From Phoronis australis (taxonomy: Eukaryota > Animalia > Phoronida): DNA of 64,000 nucleotides. A program made the translations under genes and the position numbers. The notes under the pieces were generated by a model. That model was not told where the DNA came from. It saw nothing but the letters and a program-made list of their open reading frames with translations, and made no database searches. The stretch covers positions 402,667 through 466,666 of the forward strand of contig NMRA01000189.1 of NCBI GenBank assembly GCA_002633005.1, given 5' to 3'. Below, piece after piece: positions 1 to 14,501 of this stretch; position 1 is the stretch's first letter; each line of letters opens with the position of its first letter.

Positions 1-180
1 GAAGTCCTACCGTATGTCCTAGCATTACTAAGCTCTACGCTGGAATGATCTATGCGAATGTCCGTATGTTATGATAGCACTTGGGGAATTCTGGTAAGGA
101 TAAAACAGCTAGCAAGCTGCGTATGAAATACCGGTTGGGAAGCTCTAGCAGACTTTCAAGGAGATCAATTTAGTACTCAC

Positions 181-355
181 TTGTTTACATTTTTCCTGGT
201 TATTTTCTTAATGATACTTGAAGTGTCGGTTATGCCGGAAGTAGGCTGTCCGTCAGTTAAGAAGATTATGAGTGATGCTAATCTTGTTTCACCAATCTGT
301 GCTTCTCTATCCAGCATACCGATGCCGTAGGACAGAGCTTTATGGATGTCGGTGG
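181..355 (-). CDS. ITIH: ITIH-like exon ([16 protein letters not shown])
   Basis: CAG acceptor and GTGAG donor on minus strand; phase 1 in. Confidence 0.9.
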
Positions 356-3300
356 CTGTACGTGGAGAAATCAAACTTCATCAGAAATCTTTTAGTAAAA
401 ATTACCACCAGGCCCCCAAACACACGTTGTACCGAGTTTGCATTACACAGAACAGAGGCGTATACGGCATAATCGGTCAATTCAAATCCACTGCTGAGAA
501 GCTGTTCAGAATCCCTTATGCTCAAAAGTATTATACTGACGAGGAACCCTAATAAATCTTATGTTTGGATAAGGTTTAATTGTCAATGTACTGGGAAACT
601 TTCCATAAGGGTTCTAAGAACACTGTCAATCAAATGCGTGCCGACTAAGTGCCGCAAAATGGGTACACTTCTCAAAAAGGAACTTTAGACCCAGTTTGTC
701 CTAATTACAAAGTGCAACTTAATCGCTAAGTGTCAGTCCACGGCACGAGCGACCTCTGTTTAGCCATAATAGAAAAAGTGGGAGTCAGGTAATATCAAAA
801 CTGTATTACGCCCGTTTGAATGATCCTGCTCAGTTAAAACTTGAACTAACATTACCTCCATTGTCCCGCATATTGTTCACGTATGCCGTTGAACTAGATA
901 TCGTTTCCCTGTTGACGGGCACTAGATGGTTGCGCCAAGATGACACATGGTCACTGAAGGTGATGATGTTGAAGAAGTCTCCCTGTCGCAAATCATCCAA
1001 GATTTTTCCCATACTTTCTTTCACCTATGATGAGAAATACCTGAACGTAACACGCATCATCACAACGTATGCATGACCCTTGCTCTGTTGTATCAACCGT
1101 CACTCATTTAAGATTTGACATACGTGGGGCAGGAATATGGCCATTCACAACAGAAATATCGAATCTTGTGAGATTTTACAAACTTTTATTACCATAATTT
1201 AGCATCTCGCACGATGGATATCACTTTCAGAGAAACGTAAATTTTGTCAGTGTACTCTGTCAGTGGATGATGAGAAGCTATTCTGGAGCGATGTAATTGC
1301 GTTAAACTATCGTCAACTCTTTCGTTGTCTTGCTAACCTTCTTTTTTGCCAATTACCTGTACTTTACTGGACTTTTTCGGACCGGAAAAACGTTGCTAAA
1401 TTGTTTTTGTGGCCAGACTCGTTCTGACTTTGTTATCAGAATAGATCTATAGGTCCGGTGCTACTAACCGGCCCTGGCGATACTTGGTATGGTCCTGTTC
1501 GAAATTTGTTTGGTTTACATGCATGTAGCTTATGTACTCATCTGAAAACATTTGCACGTTGATTTTAGTCCGTACTCTGGGTTTGTTCATAGCAAGACTT
1601 TTGATAAAAATACTAACACTCCTCTGAAGCGCACAGAAAGGGTGTGTGGTCCTAATGTAGCTTGTATGAATACAATGAATGCAAATGGATTTTTTCATTC
1701 CAGTGACCTCAAAATTTGTTCTGCAAAGCGCAGTTAAATTTGGGATTATCTCCACCACCACTTCTGTTTAATTATATCCGACTTAGCCCATCAACAATTT
1801 TAAAAATATCTGATACCTACTTAGCTGGAACTGAGATTTTGCTCCGAATATAGGAAATTTACTACTTGCACACTTTGGTGACGTTGCGAAAATGATTGTT
1901 AACCGTTGTTGTTCAGGACACAATGCCTCATTTTAGCATCAAGTTTAGCAACGCAAACGTGAACTCACGGGTGTTCCAAACCTACCATGGCCCGTTCCAA
2001 AAAACTGACTTAAGGTCATTCTTGACTTATCTCTAAGATTTGTCTCAGCTTCCAAAATTTTTATAAACTTCCAAATTCAGTAAGTTAGTCAAACTTATGT
2101 CAAAAACTTAAGGGAAACTTAAGATTACTGTCTTGGAACGGACTAAAGACAATTTGAAGTTTTATCCTAAAATTGACACAAATGTAAAATTTGTCTTAGC
2201 TAAACCAGTTTTCTTGGAATGGGCCCCAGAGCCATTTGTAGTTAGGACACAAAACTTCGTTTTCAAGCATAACCGTTTACGGCGAATTTGTGCATGTAGC
2301 GAATTTCGATGAAAGTTTGAGTTTTTATGTACCTACCTAATTGTGTAACGGAAAAAATTAATTCCAGGTGAAACCATAGCTCTGTGCTCACGTCTTTTCC
2401 ATGACTTCTATTGAGTAGCACCAAAAGTGTCGTATCCCGAGAAAGCATAATGGTTATGCTTTCTCGGGATTCGACTGCACTGTTTACGGTGGATTTAAAG
2501 GTCTGACGACAGAATCGTTTCTCCACCCTCTCAACACACAATACAGCATTTACCCAACAATCTGGCGTTTGTACCTGCTGAATCTTTGTCCCGTGCATCG
2601 ATCCACTGGTGTCAAGAACAAAGAGAACGTTCTTTCTGACGGGTGACAAATCTGGAGGCGCAAAGAAGTGAACGAAGTAACCATCAACTACCTGAATTGA
2701 TAAGAGGAAAGGAGTTGATAAGTTGACAACAGACTTGTTTCTTGTTTGATGATGTACAATAACAGTCATTAAGCCTGGAATATTTGCCACTAATTGGTTC
2801 AGACGTGACGAGAGAGGAACTGCAAATGAACATTCATATTCATCTCATGCCATTACCACTTGAACGGTTCACAACGTGAGATGATAGCGTTGTGTCAAGT
2901 ATAGACTTGATGTGCATCCACACATTTTGAAAAGTCATTGTAATTTTGTACAGCATTAGTGGCTACATAAATCCCTCCAATCCATCTAACTTTAAACGAA
3001 CTACCAGTACCATAATTCTAATCGTAAACGCAGACAGATAGCTATCTGTAATTTCAATAACAGTACACAGCTTTCCTTTGGTGGTATACTTACCTCGACT
3101 TGACCAGCGTCTTGACTTCTCTCCACGTCATACTGTACAACAAACTGTCCACTCACTCCGTGGTCATTGTCTTGCTGTTGCTGTTCTATCGTAGGTTGGT
3201 ACCGAATACGGGCAGAGTTGGGTGACGTTCTCTCCACTTGAGCCAAGGAGTTACCTAAATGTTTAGATCAAGGGAGGCCTTAATATCCACGTTCCAGATC

Positions 3301-5925
3301 AAGCCTAATGTTTATTAATAAGTGCTATGGTCTTACGGCGCTATGATAAATCAAATTACCGATACTGTGTTTTGTATATGTTGTTGTTAGTTAATGTGGA
3401 TAAAAAGGAAAAAAATAAAACATATGCCGATTTACACGTTCACCGTTAGCAATCAGTTGCGTTCTGAATGACAGCCAAGTACAACTCATCGGCAGTTATA
3501 TCAGCTACGATCCTTTTATAATCTACGGTAGAATTGGTTACCTTCACCTAAGACGACTTCTGTTTGAATGTCATTCCGCAATGGTGGTACCATCAGGTGC
3601 GTTATTCTGCGAGACTCGTTGATGACGACGTCGATAAACAGGTCTTGCACAGGTTGGCCAGGATTCACGTAGATCACGTGCTCGTACATGCCAATCTTCC
3701 TCTGCAGCAACTCTTGATAAGTCAGTTTGAAGCTGACGTCACTGTTGGCAGCAACATTAACGGACACTTGAAATCGATTGCTGTGGCGCGATCTGAAAGA
3801 AATATGAAGACTTTAGCATCTTTTCGATGGAACGTTTCCTCTGTACTCACCCCATCAAATGTAAATTGTAAACCAGGTCATTCAACCACACGAGATCGAC
3901 TATGCCTATATCACAACAGAAATGACTTCCATCCCCAAAAAGCCAATTCTGTCTTTGGGAACTAAACAACATTGCCAACGTGGGATTGATTTTGACAGAA
4001 TTGCCCAACTCTTCCACTGAGATGGGCAAAAGGTCCGCCTCAGGGAAAAAAAGTCCGAGAATAGGAGACAAACGTCTACTAAAAAGGGGGCGCAAAAGCA
4101 CAGTTCATAGTTCTGAACGTCGGGTACCACATTGTCAAAAATTCGACCCCCTATATTTTAGGCTGGGTACGCGCATGCAACGCCGCCATAACTACTATCT
4201 GTGTCGTTTCCGAGAACACTACAATTTTTACCACCGTTATCGTCTCCATCAACACCACCATAAGAGCCACTACCACTTCGCCGCCATTACCACCTCCTCA
4301 ACACCAACACCGCTATTATTACTATTATCTCCATCAAACCAACACTCTCACCACCACCATTATCATCACCACTACCACTACCGTTACTTGGCACCACCAC
4401 AGCCATCATCGTCATCATTACCACCGCCCCCGTCACTTACTACTACCACCACCACAGTCACTGAGCACCACCACCACCCCACTGTCACCACCACCACCAC
4501 CACTGACGTCTCCACCATAACTACCTACACCAATCCCTCCACCACTACCGTATCCATCACAGAATCAACCCTACCGTCTCCATCAACACCAGCATCGTTA
4601 TCAGAACCACCATACACTCATCGCTATTACGACCTCTACGAGAACAATCCCCAGCACTTTTGACTCCACCAAAACCACCACACATCCACTGGACTCTATA
4701 GTCATTCATCCTACCTATACCACCATTCAAACTTCGGACAGCAACAGCAGGTCCACTGCTGCCTACCAACACCACATACTATCATTAGAACAGCCGCAAA
4801 CAACAATAAATCACACATCATAACAGTAATCAGTATTATAATTAGTCACTTCAACCAAGTCATTATCAGTACAACTACACGTGGTATTCTCTACCATCAT
4901 CAACGCTGCCTTCAATTGCATCATACTCATAGACGCAGAATCCAAACGGAAAAACATCACCAACGACCACCACCACGGCATCTACCTTCAATACGCAACA
5001 TTACTGAACAGCGCCAGTTATGTCCGCTACATCAGTATCCATCGTTGAAGTACCACAAGACCGCAACCATAACGGAAACATGCCAGCAGCGCCAACATCA
5101 CCAGTGAATGGTTAATTCGTGCTGGGAGGAAAAGAAGAGGCAAATAAAGGTGGGATGCAATTGCTTTGGGAAGACTGAGAAAAAGTCATGACGACCGGGA
5201 CATTGTTATTTTTTACTACAGGAGATGGAAACTGGACTGACCTGGGGCAGAATTTTGACGAAATTAGACTTATAGTTCTCAGTAACCAATTTCGCCTGCA
5301 CTAGCTTCTATCTTTCTGCTGACTTGTAAGATTTACTTACTTTTTCTCTACCACGTGACCTGCACTCTGCCCTTGTGCCACGGCCGCTTCATACTGTTTA
5401 CGAGCTTTTTCCTTTTCTTTAACAATACCAGGATATACTACACCGTCGATTTCACTGAAAATGTCAAAGTTTGGTCATTCAGTCATCTGTTTGCAATACG
5501 GTGATTGCTATTCAAACAAAAATAAGTGAATGAGAGACTCGCAAATAAGGCAAATTGCCGGGGAACTTCTGTCGAAGTCAACACATACGCATACGTCTTA
5601 AATAGCGTTATGCAGAAACAATATGTGAGTTTGGACTGCTTTTCCTTACAATTTGCTTATGTCGATTTACAGTATTCGTTGATAGGCTTGGAACATCTAT
5701 GAAGTGTTTAAATAGTCTGCAGGTTTACTGTCCCGGCGAAGTCGGCACCCGTATCATTGATACTTACATTGAAAAGTTGCTGATGAAAGCGGGTTTGGGG
5801 AGCTGAACATCAAACGTGGCCTCTTTCGCTACCTGGTGAGCATTCCTCACGACGCTTTCAATTAAGGTTGTTGAGAAGCGGTACTTTATGTCAGAGCGGA
5901 CATGCAGAGACCTTATATCAAGTTT
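181..5925 (-). CDS. ITIH: Inter-alpha-trypsin inhibitor heavy chain-like protein (VIT + VWA domains), partial, spliced
   Basis: Phase-consistent GT-AG exons 5925-5768, 5454-5341, 3792-3542, 3254-3094, 2691-2575, 1024-856, 355-181. Motifs: [62 protein letters not shown]. First (signal-peptide) exon not located; gene continues past the left edge; paralog cannot be assigned. Confidence 0.93.
856..1024 (-). CDS. ITIH: ITIH-like exon ([20 protein letters not shown])
   Basis: TAG acceptor, GTAAT donor. Confidence 0.9.
1989..2226. mobile_element. PIF/Harbinger-like MITE
   Basis: Imperfect TIRs GGCCCGTTCCAAAAAACTG ... CAGTTTTCTTGGAATGGGCCC. Confidence 0.5.
2575..2691 (-). CDS. ITIH: ITIH-like exon (GYFVHFFAP...DTSGSM MIDAS)
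   Basis: 117 nt, CAG acceptor, GTAC donor. Confidence 0.92.
3094..3254 (-). CDS. ITIH: ITIH-like exon ([11 protein letters not shown])
   Basis: TAG acceptor, GTAAGT donor. Confidence 0.9.
3542..3792 (-). CDS. ITIH: ITIH-like exon (FQVSVNV...YQELLQRK)
   Basis: CAG acceptor, GTAAC donor. Confidence 0.9.
4170..5110. repeat. (CAC/CAT)n-rich low-complexity region
   Basis: Degenerate CAC/CAT/ACC triplets inside an ITIH intron. Confidence 0.8.
5341..5454 (-). CDS. ITIH: ITIH-like exon ([28 protein letters not shown])
   Basis: CAG acceptor, GTAAGT donor; not in the ORF track, read manually. Confidence 0.88.
5768..5925 (-). CDS. ITIH: ITIH-like exon (VIT start, [15 protein letters not shown]...PAFISNFS)
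   Basis: TAG acceptor, GTAAGT donor; read manually. Confidence 0.88.
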
Positions 5926-6012
5926 CTACAAAGAAACATTTGAAACTATCAGTCGTGAAAATGATGTAAAATGTTCCAAACACTGCTCAAGGGCAGAATT
6001 CATAGNNNNNNN

Positions 6013-6056
<44 letters not shown>
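6013..6056. repeat. (GA)n microsatellite next to an N gap
   Basis: Pure AG run after the Ns at 6006-6012. Confidence 0.95.
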
Positions 6057-6058
<2 letters not shown>

Positions 6059-7184
6059 AAAAATAGGCGGTTTACAATCAACTTTACCTCTGGCAACGTG
6101 GAATCGAAATATTTGTTTAGAAATTTAACATTTATCTATTAGTAGCAGACTATTGTTGCTCATCCGTGTAAGACATGTTAAACAGAATTGGAGACGCCAC
6201 GAACATTTTTACTTCTTCATCACAAGAAGACTTATGTAAATTATTAACATGTGTCTCTTGCCGTTTTAACGGAGTGACATGTATTAACAACGACAATGAC
6301 AAGGGTTATGGCAGTGGAAAATGGTATTGTTATTATGATGCATTACGTACCACTCCCCTAGACTGTTAAAACCAAGAAACTTCCAACATTACGTTCTGAT
6401 CTAGTATCACGTTCGATTAAACTTGACACTTGAAACAAGCCTGCCGTGTTGGTAAACAATGCTGTGGTAGTAAATGGATCAGAGCTTACAGTCACACAAA
6501 GGAATCAGCTGGTGAAAATTTAGTTTAATTTCTCTGAAAGTGAACCGTTTTTCTCGTTTGGAAATGGAGTATCATTAAATATCCGCTAGCGTCTGTTTAC
6601 AACATAATCGCTGGATTACGCGAGCTTATCAGATGAACGCAGACAATGAGGGAGCTGGATTGTGTAAACATTAGTTTGCCAACTTTCTCCCCTTGCTATC
6701 GCTGTCAAACTGATAACGACACGGCTGTATCCCGACTAGCTGATTAGTGAAATCTGGATACTCATCCCACAGCGCAGGTGCGCATCGTAATGACAGTGAT
6801 AGTACTGGCAGCAACAATGGTATTGCCTGATAACACAATGATAATGACAATGGTAATGACAGTGACAATGGTATGCAAAGATATGTGGCATTGGTAATGG
6901 CAGTGACAATGATATTGCTAACTAGAAAGATATAGTGACAATAATGACTCTGCGCGAGGGAGACTTTTAGTGGCTTTTGCACCATAGCAGAACTACACAA
7001 GAAAACAAAAATGTGGGTCATGCTGAATCACAGATGTTTAACTGTTGGCACTGTGGAATAGAAATTGTATGAAAAATACATGTTGAATAAAATTAGATAT
7101 CCTTTATAGTATTTGAACCTTTCTGGTGCATTATGAGCCCTTGCAGTGGAATTATGGTAAAGTTCCTGAAAAGTGTGGTTATTG

Positions 7185-7900
7185 GCTGAGAATCAAAGTA
7201 GTGTTGAATGAAAAGATCATTTTTTCACAGGGAAATGGTACTTAATAACCCACGTGGTTGCACCAAATGACCTGAAATTTTAGAATTGAAATTACATGTA
7301 TCAATCACATATGGAAATCGGAAGTGTCTAGCTCAAAATTTAAGTTTGCACTCAGTGACCTTTGATATTTTTTATCGATTGTTGGATTGAATAGACTGAC
7401 TGCTTAGAAACGTTGTACATTTGATTGAAATCTATGGTGAAATTGAAGAGAATTTCTGAAAAATGCAGGAGAAATAGTATTTTAAAAATTAGATTTAGCG
7501 CAGTCCGTGAAAAGTGTATCACTTACTTCTGAGAATCACAGTTGTCTAATTGTTGAAACATCAGAATACGTGTTGAATGAAAAGGTCAAATTTTCAGAAG
7601 AAAAATGTACCTTATGACCCCATGGTGGCACCAAATTATCTGAAACTTTGGCATTGGAACTCAATAACATGAACCAATCAAAAATATGAATTTGAATAGT
7701 CTAGCTCAAAATCTTAGTATGCACCCAAAGACCTTTGGCCCACTTATTCTGATTTGAATACCCTATTACTTAGTAAAGTAGTGTATTTGATTGGCATACG
7801 CTTACACCTGTGCGCTAAAATTGAAGAGAATTCCTTGAAAAATGTAGGAGAAATAACAATTTGAAAATGACTACTTCCGGTGCATTATGAGTAATACTAC
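7185..7900. repeat. Diverged tandem duplication, about 370-bp unit
   Basis: The ordered motifs TGTTGAATGAAAAG...GCACCAAAT...TCTAGCTCAAAAT...AAATTGAAGAGAATT occur twice (from about 7202 and 7571). Confidence 0.6.
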
Positions 7901-8064
7901 GAAATTTTATAAAATTCATGGATAGCTCAAACGTACTTGGAAAGTTTCAGATATAAAAAATGAACCATTTGAGAGTTATTCTTCTTTAGAAAAGATCGGA
8001 AAGGAAAATAAGAAGAAAAAGATAAAAACCCGAGAATAACAAGATTCTGCGCTGGTACTTGCAT

Positions 8065-8257
8065 AGTAATGACAATGCAATAATAATGACTATGCTAATT
8101 ATAATAACCATCATAATAATATAATAATAATAATAATGACGATAATAATGATGATAATGATAATGATAATAATGATAATGATGAAGATAATCATAATAAT
8201 GATAATGATAATAATGATGAAGATAATGATAATAATGATAATGATAATAATCATGAC
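8065..8257. repeat. (AAT/GAT)n microsatellite
   Basis: Compound AAT/GAT triplet run. Confidence 0.9.
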
Positions 8258-11200
8258 AGACAGCAATCCGATGTAACTCCGGATGAGAAGTATCTAAATG
8301 TGACCTAGGTTGTCAATTCTAACAAAGTGTTTCTTATAGAAGGTAAACGGGACCAAATTTCATGGAATTACACGTAACTTGAAACCCTAGCTCTGTTATT
8401 TCGCAATATCAACAAATAACAACAGAGGTTCTCTTGTTTAAGTTTCGAGGTCTATAATGTTGTTATTGTAGATTTTTTCTGATTTTCTGTGGTCTAATCG
8501 TTGATTATACATGAGCAAACTAGACAAGAATTCGTTTACAACTTACACACGTAGGCCTATACATTCTCACGATGTCACAACCACGCACATGCGCCTGTGT
8601 GTAAACATTTTGAGTTAAACTGACGTTTGTGGTCCGAGGTTTTGTATAACCAAGCCTTGGCTCAGTGCAGAAACGGTATATTAGACAATTTGGCGTGCTT
8701 TCAAGTAACATAGAGTAAAAACTCGTCAAAAAGAGAGCCCACACATACTTTTGATTTAGACAAACTTACCACCGTGAAATTGGTTTCGTCTTATTCCTTC
8801 CTCAGACGATAAATGATTTTTGGTCTTGCAAAGCTGACTTTGTTATTGCTCGAGGCCATGTCGGCGAATAAAATTATACACACCGTGGTGAATCAAGTTG
8901 CGGAGCTTTTAAATATCATGCAGTAATGAGCTACATTGTCTCTAAAATCCCAAAAATTCCACCTACGGGACAAAGGAAGATTTTGAGACCAATTTCATGG
9001 TGAAAATCAAAATTGGTTTCGGTTTGTTACGGAAGTCTGCTTTGAACAAGTCGGAATAAGAAGGATATGCAGCCTGGCGCCCTAAATTAAAATGATTTAA
9101 GCCAATGAGCTCAGATGTGTGGAACAATTGAACAGAGAAAACAAAGATCGAATATAGAGTGTACGTACGGGACATAAAATGCATGCACATGCCGGTGTGT
9201 TGTCAGTCAGAACTAGCTTTCAAAACTCAAGTGTTTGAACATAAAGAAATAGCTCACTGAATAAATACCGTCAGAGACTGAGGACAGTCCCAAAAGGTGC
9301 ACAATGAATATGAGAAAATTGCGTTATCTGTTACGTTAAAACCTGATGACGACCTGTAAAACCTCTAAATGCGTCGAGATAATAATTACCCAAACATCGA
9401 ATCGGATCAATTTAGCCCCCTTCCCCTACCCGGCCACATTAGTTACAACTCAAATTCTGTTGTCTTTGGTGCTCAGATTACTTGCTAGTGCTACTAAACT
9501 ACACCTAATTGAATCTATGGAGGATGCGAGAGAGACTCTAATAAACGCCAAGGTTATGACGCGTCATAAACTTAACACCAACTTCTGTGTAAACATATGG
9601 TTATATAAACACACGTTTTGTGATGGAATTTCGGTGCTTACCTCTCCATTTGCGCAGCACGTAAGCAGCACCAAAGCGGCGCAAAAGGATAACAAGCCGC
9701 GTCCAGCCATTGCCGTGTTTGTGTGTTGGATTAAAACTCGCTATCACCGGTAAAGAATTCGACACGCTCGATGTTTTTATACCTTGAATTAAAACAATTC
9801 TCAGAACTGGCAACAAGATGACTCGCGAGTGAATCAACGCGAGCTAATAAATCAACTCCAGATTTTCCCCTGCTTAAGAAGGTTAATTCGCGCGTTTCCC
9901 GAACACTCCCGAATATTAAAACGCCTTGTTGTTCATTGGAAGACGAGTTCGATTATGGGTCTTGAACTCTGTCAGGAAATGTAAGTGGAATCGGACATGT
10001 GGTGGTGAGATAAACATAAATGTTCCTACACCCGGCTGACACAATTACAGACACGCGATCCCCTCTTCCTGAAACCATTCAAGTCGTGACACGCTTGAGA
10101 CCGGATATGACACGCGCACAAACGAGGAAAGCCATTGGCAAGTCAAAAAATCGCATAATTAACTTCCCACGCTGTATCGAGATATGATCCGGGATGGAGA
10201 TGGCAAATACAGTTCAGTATCCAGGGTCTTAGTGTATGGGTTGACGATTTGCGAGTAGAGAGAATAAAGGGCATTACTAACTTGAAATAGTGCAGGGGCA
10301 TAAAACCCACAAAGTCTTTCAAACTCCCAATTTTATAAGTGAATTAGTTAAAAACAATTATTGCTTGTCGGAAAGAAAAATAGTTTTATGCAATCAGTTT
10401 TAGCGCCTGAACCGATTGTGTTGTTTTAATAACTCTGGTAAAAGCTAACCGAGAAGGTTATCCCAACCAACGATAATCACAAAAATGCCTTCTTCGGCCG
10501 TAAAATAGTTAACGACCCTTAGAAAATAATATTCGCCTTTAGCCATTTCACATATCAGGCCCGAATGACTGAACAGAATAAATGCGTGTGGGTTAATTTA
10601 TTTATCATATCCGATTTCCACTCGATAGCAACTCATTTTATTGCCATTTTCACTCAGATGGCGCTTTTCCTGAATACTGGAAATCGAATAAACGCAATTC
10701 AGTTGATGAAGCAAACAAACAGCCAAAAGACTTTACGATTAATATACTTAACAGAACCTTTGTCAAAAACTTCTTATATTGCAGCAAAACAACTTCCGCA
10801 AATGACAACTCTTTAAATCTAATTTGGCAGTATCGACACGAACTTGGTTCTCAACCCACATAATGAACAACATAAATTTCGCCAAGTTATAATGACATAA
10901 ACAGACTGGTACTAAAATGAGTGTAAACAAAGTTAAGCCACAGTACAAACCAATACCAACTGCTGAAACCGAAAACAATAAACAACGGACGCATACGTAT
11001 TATAACGCTCAGATGTTGACCTTTGGGGCAACCTCCGATCCGTTTGTGCTGTCCACCAATACCGACATTTACTATATCTTAGATTTCATGTACGTGTATG
11101 CTAGCAATTAGACATTCAGTGTAACGGTATTCTAACTTAATGGAATAAAACTAGTCACAACGCTTCCCTTAAAAATGAAAGTGTGGCATGGACGATTGAA

Positions 11201-14200
11201 ACGGGCAGAAAAAACAAGTTTTATGCCAGCAGCTCTCTATTATGCGACTTCATAAAGAAAAATTTGGAGTTTGTAATTATCTAATGATCGTATGATAAAA
11301 ATTTTTGAGCAGCGATTCATTCTGGGAAAGACAGAAAAAGTGGTTGAAAACCAAGGTTGTGCACCGCTGTTGTGAGTCCCTGCCAGAAATTCGTTAAAGT
11401 GGGCGTGGCAAGGCGGAGGGGGGGGGATACAGTCCTTTGCGCATGTTCTTCCATTAACAACTGACGTCAGTTTGACTTTTTCATTTTTGTTTTTAATACT
11501 AATTGATACACATAAATGCTTCATTAGTCTATTGTGTAAGCATGTACACTCATATTATGATTGAATCAGTGTTCAATAGCCGGATAATCCAGTTTTCCCT
11601 GCATTTCAATCTTTGATGTTTCGAGGTAAGTACATGCATGCTGTACTCTATATTTGTTGAGTCAATTGTAATTAATCAACTGTGTGATACAAGATTAAAG
11701 AATGCAGATTTTTATAGTAATGCACAAAATACAGGCAGTGTTAAGACAGTATATCATTATCGTAAAAATAGCGCTACTAGCAACATAAACCGCTCGGAAC
11801 TTCTCAGCTCTAAGTTATGTCACTGTTAACTCCTGCCGCACTGATGATTTGACCAAAGTGTTACAAATCCGCTGTCGCTATCTAACTAAACGTTTCTTTT
11901 GGAAACTATAGGCAAAACGGGTAAACACATAAGCTTTTTGTTCAACATTACTGTTAGCCTTACAGAACGATTACTAAGATGGGATAAGATATTTCACTCC
12001 TGGAATTAAATATTAAAACTGGGACTTGCCAAATACTATGTGACGGGAGAACTTCTGTGAAACTAGTGTCATTTAAATGGTGCCGAGCGTATTTTGTCTT
12101 TTAGTTTATCTAAACGAGCCATGCGTCGACGTCAAGTAATATAAGTCAAAACTAACTTTTAAAACGAAACATGGCGTCAGTGGAACATCCATTTGTGTCT
12201 ACACGTTGTAAACTACGGAAGTGTTCTCGAAATTGTTCACAAATGTTTACAATAACGACGTCATAAATAAATTGGTGGCTCGATGTGCAATAAACTGCCA
12301 TTATGAGCTCGCTGCCTTCTGCCAAATATGGCAAATACCATTTAGTACCCTAATTTTTTATACCTCGAGTAGAGGTTATTTCTGATCATGGGTATTGACA
12401 TATGTTGCTCGATCCCAGGGTCAACTTCAACGGATTGGCTTAAACTGGATATTGTTAGTGTTCCAGACAGAGCTTGAGTTCCCAGTGGCTTTGTTTGAGT
12501 GCAGAAAAGGCACTACCTGTTGCCTTGGCAATCACTGGTAATTGACATGAATTATATACGTGTGCATTAAAATGCAATGTATATTGTAATCTATGTCATG
12601 GGGACCGGATGCCTTATTAAAATAAAAGCAATGTATTATTGCCGATTGAGTTTCGGGATTCACACGAAGAACGTAGTGCAGGTAAAAAATGACCTTCGGA
12701 TGATAATCACCCAAAGATTGGAGGTTACTAATACGAACACAATAGTCCGTTGAATTCAGTCTAGTGGCTTCTTGGGCTGCTTGGTCGCTTTATGATACCT
12801 CATTATGTCATAAAATTATAGGTGCCTGTTGACTGTTGGCAGCCCAGCCAACTGACTGTCTTTTGTGTTGGCAGGGAAGGGGGTAATTGAAACTAACTGC
12901 GCATCAGTTGACAAAGGTAATTGTGTTTTGATTTAAAATTTTAAGTTGTGCTTACAGCTAGGTCGGTAATGCAACGCCGTACGGGTGTTGCTGCTACGCA
13001 CTGGACAAGGCTTTACCAGTAAAATATAATCTTTCCAATTCGCCCATTTCAACTGCAAGACTAGTGTCGAAGTTTTGCATCTGTGCCAAAACAGACTTTG
13101 AATAAATGACAAGAAAAATGTGTTTGAAATTAGCATAGCACGCGCCAGTCCCATAAACTGCACAGAGTAATTTCCGTTCAAGTTAAAATAATTGGATTAG
13201 CAAGTAAGGCAAAGTAAGCATAAAAGAAAACACAGGGAACAGATGTGTTTTAAAACGGTGACCAACAAGTCGTCGGAACACACTCAGCCGCAGATGCAAG
13301 GCAGTTGAGTTGTCGGAATTGTACCAGGTTTCTGAATTTTGAGCCTAAACTTATCTAAAACATATCTCCTGTCGTAATTTAGCAGATACACGTCTCCGGA
13401 GATCTGGATACCAAAACATGACAACAGGACAAAGGCACACACTCATGAATACAACTCCCGGACCTGTGAACACAACTCTTGGACCCATCAACACAACTCC
13501 CTGACTCACAAACAAGACCTTGCCATCACAAAATAACATAGAGGCACCCAAAACCACCAGCGGCTTACCACATGATTAAAAATCACGTGCGTGACTCAGT
13601 TATCTAAAGGTACTTATTGGCATTAAAACGCAAAGAAACAGAGACCTAGAAAACAGCCTTCGTTCCGACATTAATTCGCTAACTGCATTTTGGTACCTTA
13701 AACATTGCTACACGCACTGTCAAAAAATTTCCACGCTATGTATGAAAAATCTCGAGATAGCGGGAGTGTCAAGTGGCACCTCCCCCTAGTTTCGGCAATT
13801 TTCCAAAAGTGTTAAGACTCCAAAAGTAACTTTTAAATTCTTTCCACCTATTTTGACTTTTTGGAAAACTGTGTCTTTTGTTTTTTTCAAATTCTCAACG
13901 ATTAACAACATATGGTTCTCAATCTTCCTTGATGAAACCGTCTGTATTAAATATTATCTTCGGAATTGGCTTGTTTTTGATTTGAGTTCAACAATGTTGA
14001 CAACAATTCAAAATAAGGATAAGGGCAGCATTAAAGAAACAACGTTGTTCGCCGGGTTGTATAGCATAACAACAAGTTTGGCGGATCTGCTGAAGCCAAT
14101 ATCTTCCACTGACGACTGATTAAGTCCACTTCGGGTTGGAGGGTTAGCTATCTTTTGTTCGATAATTCCCTATAGGATCATGTCTATAGCCTGACTGGGC

Positions 14201-14368
14201 TGTGCTGTTAAAAATAGATTTTAAAGTCAGTAAAAATGCTTGAACATAAACCAATAACATCCCTCGTCAAATGCTGATCATGTTTAGTTTTTGAGTCACA
14301 AAATCGCCCAACTATAACCCGGCGAAGTCAGTTAAGACAAAATTTTGTCGGAATTTACCAACGCATTG

Positions 14369-14501
14369 CAGGGGCAGATCCAAGAATGGGGGGCCAAGGC
14401 AGAGTGTTAGACAGGATTTTGCCCGTTTGACTTTCGCACCCCGAACTTCCAAATGGAATATGGGGGGGGGGGGCATGGCCCCCTCCGGCTATCTGCCACT
14501 G
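14369..14501. mobile_element. Short hAT-like MITE
   Basis: TIRs CAGGGGCAGAT ... ATCTGCCACTG; flanks CATTG/CACTG. Confidence 0.55.

Noticed and set aside
3980-4663. 227-aa His/Thr/Pro-rich ORF on the plus strand
   Set aside because: Non-ATG start, antisense inside an ITIH intron, and explained by CAC/CAT low-complexity DNA that lacks stop codons.
6671-7021. 116-aa hydrophobic ORF as the ITIH signal-peptide exon
   Set aside because: Hydrophobicity comes from degenerate (ATG/GTG/ACA) repeats, and no compatible splice donor was found.
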